Shown here: positions 12,731 to 24,081 of the stretch, piece by piece | How the letters are laid out: each line of letters begins with the position of its first letter | Numbering within the stretch: position 1 is the first letter of the stretch | Source: Chiloscyllium plagiosum | Lineage: Eukaryota | Length of the DNA: 64,000 nt | Direction: 5' to 3' | NCBI RefSeq assembly: GCF_004010195.1 | Contig: NC_057719.1 | Coordinates: 12,239,084 to 12,303,083, forward strand | Notes under the pieces: generated by a model | Database searches by the model: none | Seen by the model: only the letters and a program-made list of their open reading frames with translations | What the model was told of the DNA's origin: nothing | Program-made: the position numbers and the translations under genes

Positions 12731-13339
12731 TTATTTATACCACAGGTAGAAAGACATTAACAACAATAGCAAAACAAAGTTTTAGCATTTTTCCCCCATT
12801 TTTTTACAGATACTTAATTCCAGAGAAATTTCACTGCTGTCATAACTCACTGACTTCCTATTTAATTTGGGTCATGGAGATTTGAATACAATTCCTTTGA
12901 GTACACAGACATGAAACTTTAACAATTTTGGTGGCCTAACACTTGAGGATTCCAAAGTCTCCTTGCGTAAACACTTCAGAAACTAAAACAGTTCAATTCT
13001 CATGACCGGGGTCACTGCCTAAGGACAAGGAATAGGGTATTAAGACTGAGATGAGAAATCTCTTCACCTAGAGAGTGGTGAGCCTGTGGATTTCTCTACC
13101 ACAGAAAGCAGCTGAGGCCAAAACATTGAGTGTCCTAAAGAAGGAGTTAAATGTAGTTTTTAAAGGCAAAATGTTTGGGGAGAAAGCAAGAACAGCATAT
13201 AATCAGCCATTATCACATTGTATGATGGAGCAGGCCCAAATGGCTGCCTATTTCTCGGTTTCATCAAATTGTCAGATCTGTAACTATTCTGAGAATGAGA
13301 TGGGATTGCCTTAAGTTTACAAGGGGTCGGTGGGGATAC

Positions 13340-13465
13340 TAGGAGAAAGTGAGGACTGCAGATGCTGGAGTACCAGAGTTGAAGAATGTGGTGCTGGAAA
13401 AACACAGCAGGCCAGGCAGCATCCGAGGAGCAGGAGAATCGATGTTTCGGGCATAAGCCCTTCAC
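13340..13465 (-). mobile_element. Penelope terminal-repeat fragment with truncated hammerhead core
   Basis: Same family as 4093-4579. Minus strand reads TGAAGGGCTTATGCCCGAAACATC. Confidence 0.75.
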
Positions 13466-14329
13466 CTCCACAAACAATTCCAACCAGAAAGGCACTAATA
13501 AAATGTACAGCTTTCACCAGTTTTGCTTCAGTGATCATTTCTATTAGGAAATGTTACTAATGTTCTTAACTTTGATTAATTTTTTTTTAAAAAACCAAGG
13601 TTTTTGCAAGTTGTGTTCACACACGCTTTGGCACGAGATCACTTTTGGTGTTAGGTTCATCCATTTGATGGAAGTGGAGAGCTTTCGAGCATCTCTGTTG
13701 GATTGTTCATTTTAAACTACAAATGTTCACTTTTCTCGTACCCTTGTTTCCCACTGCTTTGAAGGAGAGCAATTTCCATTGCCTCCACTTGTTAAATTTG
13801 ACAATAGTTGCAGTCATAAATTTGATCGTTTGGGAGTGAACTTTGGCTATTGAGGTAATGGCATAATATGGAGCCTAATATGGATATCTTAGAGATTGCC
13901 TTCGTACCACTGACCATTAAGGGTGAAGGATCAGGGTAAGGAAGATAGAGGGTAAAAAAAAGACACCAGAAGATAGAAACATGATTAGATGAAGACAGTG
14001 GGTACAAAGAAAAAGCAGGTTAAAGAGGAGGTTAGTGAGATCAGGACAGTTGTCAGGAGAAAGAGAGAATGGCAGATTCAGGAAAATGGAGGTGGTACTA
14101 AATTGCTCCAGTGTCACCTCGCCAGTCAAACCAATTAGTATAACTACTTAACATCCATTCAAATGGCTATGTTCACATGCTTGCAATGCATCAAAAAGTA
14201 ACTAAACCATGATAAGCCAAGATGTTAATGAAGCTTGATATTTGCCTTTGGCAAGAGTCAAAGCAAAATACTCTAAATCTGCAATAAAAATGCACTGTAC
14301 CTATTCAACAAGTCTGTGGAAAATCCCTT

Positions 14330-15580
14330 CATTCTTACAAAACAATATTAGAAATAGGAATAGGCCAGTGGAAACAATCTCCCTGCTTCTATTCTAATCA
14401 TTCCTTTCATAATTTTATGCTTCTCGAAGACTCCCCTCATTCTTCTACATTCCTATGAATATAATCCTAGTCTTCTCAATCTGTAGTGAACCTCCACTGC
14501 ACAGCAGCATGCTGCAGTTCTTCATCATTTCAAAAAATAGGCCATTTTGCTGTTATTCCCACCAAAATGGATGACCTCACATTTACCAACATTGCACTCC
14601 ATCTGCCAAGCTCTTGCCCACTTGCTTAACCTAACTGTATACTTTGCAGAATTTCAGTGTCCTCTGCACTCTTTGCTCTGGTTTCAGATTTCCTTCCCTA
14701 AAATTAAAAAGGAACCAGATGAGGTTTCACATCCATTTACAATTATGGAGTTAGCATGGAAACAGACCCTTTGGTCCAACCAGTCCATGCTGACCATAAT
14801 CCCAAACTAATCCAACCTGTTTATGCTTGGCATACATCCCTGCAAACATTTCTTATGAATGAATGTATCCAAATGTCTTTTAAATATTGTAACTGTACCC
14901 ACATCCACAATTTCTTCGAAGTTCATTCCATAGACAAACCACTCTTTATAAAATAAATGTCCCTCATGTCCATTTTAAATGTTTCTCCTCTCGCCTTAAA
15001 AATATGCCCTCTAGTCTTGAAATCTCTCACCCCAGTGAAAAAACACTTGCCATTTACCTTATCTATACCCTTTATGATTTTATAAAGCTCTTCATGGTCA
15101 CTCCTCAAACTCCTTCACTGCAGCCTTTCTTTATAACTGAAACCTCGCATACTTGGCAACATCCTTGTAAATCTCTTCTGAGGCCTCTCCAACATCATAA
15201 TATTCTTCCTATAACGGATGACCTGGCCACCATATTCCAGAACAGGCCTCACCAGTGTCCTGTACAATCTCACCATGACATTCCGAACTCCTATAATCAA
15301 AGGACTTCACATCATATTTCACTCAGAGTGAAGGGACGACCCTTTACAACTGAGATGAGCAGTTTCTTCAGGCAGAGGGTGGTTAATCTGTAGAACCTTT
15401 CTACGGAAGGTTGTGGAGACAACTCATTGAGTGTATTTAAGGCAGATAGGTTCTTCATTAGTAAGGGGATCAAGGGTTAGAGGGAGAAGGCAAAATGGGG
15501 TCAAAAAACATATCAGCCTTCAAATAGAGAAGACAAGATGAGCCGAATTATCTAATTCTGCTCCTATACCTTATGGTCTT
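14330..15580. mobile_element. Cluster of CR1 LINE 3' fragments
   Basis: LYRTLVRPVLEY..LERPQKRFTRMLP and YKIIKGIDKV remnants on the minus strand. A further 3' fragment is on + at ~15320-15580. Confidence 0.75.
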
Positions 15581-18545
15581 AAATGTTTTTAAATGAAGCT
15601 TTGTAAAGAGGCCAAAATGTCAGTGAAACCTTTCTTCCAGTCAATGTTGTGCCAACGTGTTATGGACAGTATTTGGGGTACGTAGATCAGAAACATGACA
15701 ATGAAGTAGCACTAGTTATGAAAGACAACAGGCATCAATCTTGACTCAGTGGTAGCATAAAAATCTTGCAGTGTCCTTATTACAAGCAGCGAAGGTGCCC
15801 CACTCTGACCATGTTTGAGCAAGAAGAGCTCCCTCCCCCACCCCCAAACCAACATGGTCAGCCAGTGTATGCAGTATGGACAATCTTCTCATGGAACACT
15901 GCTCTGTACAAACAGGGCTGTACCTCACATTTGAACCATGACTGCATTTCACAAAAAGCTCCTCATTTGGCACTGCAATCATGCCGTGAAAACTCAGGAA
16001 CACACAAAAAGATGACAAGAGGAGCAGTTGACTTAAGGCAGTTTTTTTTTTAATATTTTAGTCCCAGATATGGGACAGAATATTTATACATAAAAAGGTA
16101 CAATCAAGCACTCCAATTAAAGAATGCTAGCCAGTGCTTCAAAAAGAATTAAATGAAGTTCTTCACAAATCAGCATTAAAAGATCTTAGTTACAGTCAAC
16201 CAAGCAAGCTCAGTGAGGACTATACATTGTAAGTTCCACTGATCTAACTGTTTCCAAATAGAATACCAGGTATGAAAGAACATCTCTCATGCATACATAA
16301 CACTCTGTCTCTCTCACACATTCATGGATCTTTAAAATGACAGTTAAGTTTCTAATTACTACAATCGTCAGACAGTTAAAATCAGCTACAGGAATTTTTT
16401 TTTTCAAAAACATCCAGGCATCAGTATTTTCATTAAACCCAGAGATACACTTGCCAATAAACAGGGATCACTAATTGATTAGGATGGGGTAGGGATGGTT
16501 GAGAGAGAAAAAGGTAAGACTGAACATTTTCTTAAAACTGAAAAAAATGTATTAACTTGTCAAAAATGATTGCTGTCAATACATTTCCATCGCTTTTAAA
16601 AACGTTTTTTGGTTGCTATGTTTAAAAATTAATAGCTATTATAGAAATTGGTCCCTCTCTGTAGTCAGTCTACAACACACTATGCTTGAATATGCAATAA
16701 TGCTTTGACTGCAATTCTGACAAAAAAGGGAATTGTTTGAAGAGGTTCATATATTTAGGTGTTTCCCCCCTCTCCCATCCATATCTTTGGGCCCTGAAAT
16801 TTGTCCACCTTCAAATGATTAGTTTGAACATTTATTGTTAACTATGTATGTTAATGACATTAAATAACAAGTACAGAAGACAGATTATTAGTTTATGCTT
16901 TCTTATAAGGGCAGGAGTTATAGCTGAAGTACAGGATTAATTTTGAAAGATAAGTTGCTGAGAAAAAAGAAAAAAAAATCACAGAACAAATCTCATGTTG
17001 GCTGTGGAGTGGAGAGAATTCAAAATGATGAATTGTCGTTGCTCTTCATTAAGCGAGACCAGCTTCCTCACAGTGTCAGTAACTCCAAGTCAGAATCCAG
17101 AACCACCATACCACTAAACATTTTAATAAAAGCAAACAGTCCAAAAAGCATATGCTCTCTGTGTAAATATCAAGCTTCCTGAAATAGTCACTTCCTTTCA
17201 TATAGGAAAGAGAAGCTCTCCCCAGTGGATTTTGAAAAGCTGAAAACTGGCCATTCACATACCACCCAATCTTGCACAGTTATCCAGCCGTGGTTGGACT
17301 AGCCTCAAAACAGGAAAACATCAAGATCAGTTTCAATAATATTACAATTTAAAATGCATGGAGAATACTTCACATAAAACTCATTCCTCAAAGTATAAGG
17401 ATGGTATAAAAAGAGTATTGAAAATAGTGTAATTAAAGCAATCACAGAAGGGTTTAATTCGCCCACAAAAGGACCATGTTGTATTTATCCAGAATAATGG
17501 AGAGGAAAACTGATCTTCTGGTCTCGGTAGAGTGCTAACATAAGCTTTCCAATTATCCACAAGCTTTGGAATCAGAATGAGTTTCTTGTTCTTTACAATT
17601 AAGGACATAAATAATGTGTAGATCTGCAACTAATAAATGTAGGATTCATAGATCAGCCTCTTTGTCTAATTGTCATGCACTTGTAAAACAAAATACCCAT
17701 TACTCTGACAGCTGCAAACAAACCCCAGCTCAATTTCATACTATTACTTCGTTCCACATTAAAATGACTACCTGGGGCAACTCAAAATCAAAACAATGCT
17801 CTCATTCTTGTCGCTTTGTAAGGGAGCGCAGGAAGTGGGGAGAGAATTTCCAGAAATAAACAACTGGATTTTTGTTTGGTAGAAGAAGTTTTGTCTTTGT
17901 CTTTTCATCAAAAGTGGGCACGTAAATGCATCAGGAAGCCTCACCTCTTATGCATTTGTGTAATGCATACACAGGTAGAGAAGCAGATCTCAGCAAAAAT
18001 TACCTGCTCATCTTCCCATACCCCAATGATTTAGAAACTGAAGGGAGGGTGTACCACAACTTGCCAGGCTGCTGACATGTCTGCATGCACTAATTCACAC
18101 AAGCTGGAAAAGGCTCAAAGATTTGTGCAGCTACTGTGCAAAAGCGCATTCACTTCAAAAAGAAAATGTAAAGCAGTAATGAATAATCACACTGTCTCTT
18201 CACACATCAACTCATTATATTACTGGATATGATAAAAATGACAATATCCCTGTTCTCAACAATACTCCTATTATGAACACTTAACCTTTAAAACAGAACA
18301 GAATACAATTAGAAACTAGACAGACTATATTTAATCAAAAAATGCTCAAATTTTGAACATTTTAAATACAGTCCTCTCCTGTTCAAGCCTTTTGATATGA
18401 AAACTGAAATAACAAAATGCTCACATTTATTGATTTGAATAAAGTATCAGAAGTCAAGGTCAGTTTCTGTCTTAAAAAAAATTCTGATCCATACAAATAA
18501 GAGCCAAACACTTATTATCTTCCCAATTGATAATGATGCAATGTA

Positions 18546-18671
18546 AGAAGAAGGGCTTATGCCCGAAATGTCGATTCTCCTGTTCCCTGGATGCTGCCTG
18601 ACCTGCTGCGCTTTTCCAGCAACACATTTCCAGCTCTGATCTCCAGCATCTGCAGACCTCACTTTCTCCTC
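18546..18671 (+). mobile_element. Penelope terminal-repeat fragment with 14-bp TSD
   Basis: TSD aatgatgcaatgta at 18532-18545 and 18672-18685. The insert starts inside the hammerhead core (GAAGAAGGGCTTATGCCCGAAATGTC). Confidence 0.82.
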
Positions 18672-18759
18672 AATGATGCAATGTACTCTAGCCAGTACAG
18701 TGTAAGACAGCAAAACATCTCAGACTGAGGGAGACATTAATCTTTCCGTACTCCAGAAC

Positions 18760-19060
18760 ATAAACAGAAGTTGAATCTTTTTTGTCTTGCACTCATTAAA
18801 GACAGCCAAACTTCAAATTGTCACAATTTATACCACAGGAAGAAAAGAGATCCTGATTGGCAAGGACTCTGCCTCTCCCCCAATGATAAAGCAGTAGGAA
18901 ATATTCCATGACCAATCTCAACCAGAGTGAAACTACCAAACAACCAATCAGTACCTTTTTCCTCCTGTAATACAAATTGTTGTGATCATTTACGATTTTG
19001 CATTCTTGCAGTTATGCTGATGAATGCAAGATGAAAAAGCTTCTGGAGATTCTGTTTTCA
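18760..19060. mobile_element. Old ~300-bp palindromic element with degenerate hammerhead-like ends
   Basis: Arms cacaatttataccacaggaagaaaagagatcctgattgg and ccaatcagtacctttttcctcctgtaatacaaattgttgtg. Ends are gtcttgcactcatta and CTGATGAATGCAAGATGAAAAAGCTTC (19017-19043). Confidence 0.62.
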
Positions 19061-22000
19061 GTGACATTGTAACCACAATGAGTACATCTTGCAGCACCAG
19101 TTTATGGAGAAGTACTGCAAAGCTGGTCACATGGAGAAGGAAATTAAAAGGATTAAATTGGCACTGCTGACCAAGTCCAGATGGGCCAAATGGTTACCCA
19201 TAAATTGAATGTCCACAATCCTAATGATAATCTTGAGATAAAGTGACTGATACATGGATTCTCAGATGGAACAGTAGAGGCAGAGAACTCTGGAACCATT
19301 TTGAGTACAAACTAATTCTGCATTTGGGAAGTGAAGGTGACAAAAAAAAAATTAAAGAATTTATGGTCTCCTGGCTGGGTGAAATGGTTTTCCTCCTATG
19401 TAAATATCACCATTTACCATACTAGTAAATTCCAATGTATAAGTTTATCTGCCCACCTCCTCCCCCTTTTAACTCGCATAATCCAACACTAGCATAGCTT
19501 CAAATCTGATGATATACTGGCTCTCTGTTCACTGGAGCTTGTTTTAAAGCAATTACCGTCAGAAATTATGAATGGCAATGGATTGGGAAAGGGGGAGGTG
19601 CAGTCAGACCTGGGTGTCATTGTACACCAATTGTTAAAATAAACATCCAAGCTTGCAGCCAGTGGTGAATGTGGCAAATTAACTGTTGACCTTCATAGTG
19701 AAAGGATTCGAGTACAAGAACAGAGATTGCTGCAACTGCACAGGGCCTTGATGAGACCACATTTGCACTAATATGTTGATAATTGGAACTGTGCAGCTTT
19801 ATATTCACTTCTTAAATTATATCTATTCAATTACAATCATGCGTTAAAGCCTACTGAATAACACATCGATGAATGAAGCCCATCAACTCCAGAGTTCACT
19901 GAAAGCATGCCACTGATGGCTCTTATCAACATTGAGTAGCAATTTCTAAAATCATCTTCTATTTAAAATATATAAAATACAATTTGCACACTCCATATCT
20001 CAAATCTGCATACCATGCTCCTACAAAAAAACTCAAAAGAAAACGTGGAATAAGGTCTCTCTTTAAAGCAGTAGGAGATGGCGAGAAAGTGCATATCTCT
20101 ACTCCAGACTAATTAGTAACACATCCTAGTTAGAAAGAGATGAGATTCTCCTCTGCTTCCCTTACTTCTTGGTGTCTATAACCCCTTATTATAGAAAATA
20201 AAGCAAATTACTTTCTACCCTTTCCCCTCCCTCACAAAAGTTCCAACTGAAATAAGTAAAATCAAAAAAAGTCAAGAGAATGGGTCTCTAACTATAAAAC
20301 AACCAGTCCATACACACCCAATACTGCAAAACAAGAAATGTTGCGAAAATTAAAGCAAACCTGTACAAGTTGAAATCTTGATTGCAAACAGCAGTATCTA
20401 TCAGAGAAATCACTTGTGTTGCTAGTCACTTTTTTTATTGAAAAACGCACCAAAACATAAGAGGTGCACATAAAAACACACATGCAATCACACACACCCT
20501 TCTCAAAGTCACAACCACAGTGGCACACACTTTATTTTAAAAAAAAGTTTAAAAAACATTGAGGTCCTTCTGTATTCGGGTGACTCCTCATGGAGGAAAA
20601 CTGAATAGTTTAAAACAAAAAAAGTAGCAGAATTATATGTTAAACAAATCGCAGGTTAGAGTACAATTCAGTTTAAAAATAAAAATACAAAAAAATGAAA
20701 GAAGATACACTGCATGACACACTTACCAATAACTACCATCTAATTTAACAAAAATCTTATTAAAAAAATAACATTTCTGTTCTAGGCATCTTAATTACAG
20801 GCTGTACAGATTTTTTTTTCAACAAAGTTAGGGAGGTACTTGACTTCTGCAGGTGGACGCAGGTTGCTTCCAATTTCCTGCTACAAATTCAAATCAAATA
20901 AAACATTTCTAGTATAGTGTAAATCAATAAAGTTACACAGATTCTTAAACAAGACTTTCTGTACAAGTAATGAAAAGACACAGCAGTCCATAATCACCTC
21001 CTTAAAGCATTAAATGTATCTAGACACACACAAGAGAACCAAAATTTACATGCACGCATACTAGGTGGACAACACTATCTCTCTGTATGCATGTATATAC
21101 GATACACTGCAGGCAAAAAACAAGAAAGCTTATGTTCCTGTGACAGCCATGAAACAAAAATTAATCCTCTCAACTGGAACAGCTTGAATGTGACATGGGA
21201 CATAGGGAATGGAGTTATACTTTAAAATGAAATTAGCCATCTTTCTCTCAGGCAGGCTCATTCTGAACAAATACCTCAAATCCAATTAATTTAGATTAAA
21301 AAGTTCAGTCACAAAAAAAAATTAGTAAAAGTCAAAAGTAGCATACACACTGGTATAGAATGCAGCTGCAGAAATTTTAGGGCTAATTTAAAGGAATTTT
21401 TGGAGTGATCAAAAATTTGCGTACAAGTTAAGTATGCATTTAGCATAAACTTCTTTGTATTGTGAGTACAGCATTTGCACCTGAATAAAAGAGTCATTTC
21501 TGGATCTAATGAATGCAGACAGGGATACCAGCTTTATAAAATAAATCTAGTTCTACAGCCCACTGCACAAAATGCATTGCATTTATTCCATACCTCAGTG
21601 ACCCCAGAGTGTGGGAACACCTCCCAACCTTTTGAACAGCCAACAGCCCAGTTGAAATATCTTTAATAGCAAGCAGAGACAGCTGCTGAAACGGTGATTT
21701 TATGTAAAGTAGGGAGGGAGCAGAATGAAGAATCAATCATGTAACATCCTCCACCATTAAATGTATTTACACTAATTCCACACTAAGAGAAATTAATTCC
21801 AACTGTTTGAATCATGTGGGCTACATTAGGATCACAGGGAGCATGAACTGCCCTCCCCTCAACCAGCAGCTCTCACCTTACCATTTGAGTAAAGTTTAAC
21901 TTAAAAGTAGACCAGACACCATTTCGAGATTTTGCGGTTTTAACAAAGGGAAGTGCAAACTAGGCTTCCCTTACTTATTTTTTTTTTGAGGGTTGGAGCA

Positions 22001-23934
22001 GAAGGAATGAGAAGGGAAACTAAGACTAAACAAGAGTGGAATGATTGGGATCAGTTTATTTTCTCTTAATGATTCAGTGTTGGAGGAGTGATGGTTGAGT
22101 GGCAGAAGGGTGTATGCAGATTTGGTTTCTCAGAATATATCTTCCCTGGCCCCTTCCTCGATTGTGCATTCCCGCAACTTGGCCCTACTCTGTGTTTAGC
22201 ATCTTTGCTCAGCAATTCAAAGTGATGGACTGAAGCACATTTGACAGCATCAAAACACTGTGGATTATTGAACGTTTTCAGTCAGATTACATGGTCAGAA
22301 TGCAGCTGAAACTGGTTGAATGACCAGGAAAGTAAACATCAACTTCTGAGGTTTGGTATATGGAGGTGGAGGTGATGGAAATCTCCTCTTTCCCCATGCA
22401 CTGAAGTGCCAGGGTTCCCTCTTTTGGACCCAGTAGTGAACTCCCCCTATCCAGACCTCTGCTGCTTAGAAACTAGCAAACACAAAAAAAAAGTTTACAT
22501 CAGACACAATAATATCTTCTATCTCCTTCCAGAAAAAAAGTGGTAATTGGCATCCACTAACTCCATAAATCTCTAACTAGATAGATTTTTGAAATCAAAA
22601 AAGTGAATTCAAATTCACGATTGGGCAGGGATTGCACACAGGTGAGATTGAGTGTGTTGTGGGGGTGGGTAGAACATTTGTGACCTATTACTTGGCGGAG
22701 CATGCTTTGGGGCATAACATCCAACTTCTACTCATGGTTATGATTGTCACTTAAATATTTTATTGGATAAAAGCCTTTAATTCGGTATGTGTGGGCAATG
22801 GGATTTCACACAAATCAGTCAATTTGCTTTAAAAAAGGGTGAAACTCTGTCATAGGGCAAACCTGAGCAAAGTTTCTTGGGGGAAATGCAGGAAAAAGAG
22901 CCAACACTGCACTTTCCAGAGGATTGTTAAGTAATGAAGGCAAGACCACAAGGCTAACTCAAGTTGACCCTTTCATAAACACCAATTTCCTCCCCAACAG
23001 CCATGTGGACAATATTCTACACGGGCACACAAATGTTTTTTGCACTTTTGGCATCAAACAACATGTTACTTAAAAACTGGGTGTGTTAACATTCATTTAA
23101 AAAATTTCCAAATCTCCGTGTCATCCAAACAGAATGCTCGTTTTCATACCAACAAATTAATGCTCCAATCCCAATCCAACCCAATCCATCACCTTTCAAA
23201 GCTTCCACAGAATACTAAGCTGCAGTGAACCCTGCCAAGATAAGACTACGAGCTAGGAACCACACAGAGAATTTTATAGCATAATTAGTTAACATGAGCA
23301 GGTTATAAAAGAACAAACTGTACGCCTCAGCCTCTCTTTCACCCAAGTACGACACATTCATTCAGGTCAACGAAAGCATCGCCCAAACAACCAATCAGAT
23401 TCAATCTGAGCACAGTCAAATATTGCATTTTGCCTCAGTCTGCACAAAACATTGTGACTTTTAAAGCATTCTGCAGAGACCAAGTTTATGAAGCTCACCA
23501 GGCTGGGTTTAATATAAAACTGAACTAGAGAATATTTCGAGAAGTTCTACATCATGGTTTAAACCATTGAGTTAGCTCAAGCTGTACAACACCATACGAC
23601 CCAAAGTGGAACACTGGCTGCAGGTTTAGTTGTCAACAGGTTCTTGATTCAGAAGTACAACTTTAACCCGGGGAGGAAACATGAGAAACAGTGAAGCGTT
23701 CTCTAACAATACAAAACTCTCTCCTGAGGTAATTGCAAGGAAACAAAACATACAGGCTGGAATTTCAATTTTTAAGAAGTCCCATCACATCAAACCGATG
23801 AAGGATTTGTTCCATTTGCTATCCCAATCACACACATTCACTCGCTGTCCTTGCCTCATTCGTTTCTCAACCCCACCCCCAAACCCCACCCTCCCTTTCC
23901 CCATCCATTCTTTCTGGTAACACTTTGGGTTCAT

Positions 23935-24081
23935 TCAATCACACATTTCCTCTGCTATTTCGTGTGGGTTTAAGATCCCTGGAACAGTCATTTGAAGCTT
24001 TCTCTTCTCCTCCTGGGCCTGACGCAGAGCTGTTTCCCTCTCCTCCAGGAACAGGTCTGAAGTGTCTTCACCACCAAATTC
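23935..24081 (-). CDS. XPO1: XPO1 terminal coding exon, 147 nt including TGA
   Basis: ttcttgttag|[48 protein letters not shown]. Confidence 0.95.
   Translation of the reverse strand, partial: EFGGEDTSDLFLEERETALRQAQEEKRKLQMTVPGILNPHEIAEEMCD

Noticed and set aside
6760..23930. USP34 exons expected from human synteny
   Set aside because: No recognisable USP34 peptide was seen by eye. A tBLASTn is needed to exclude small relics.
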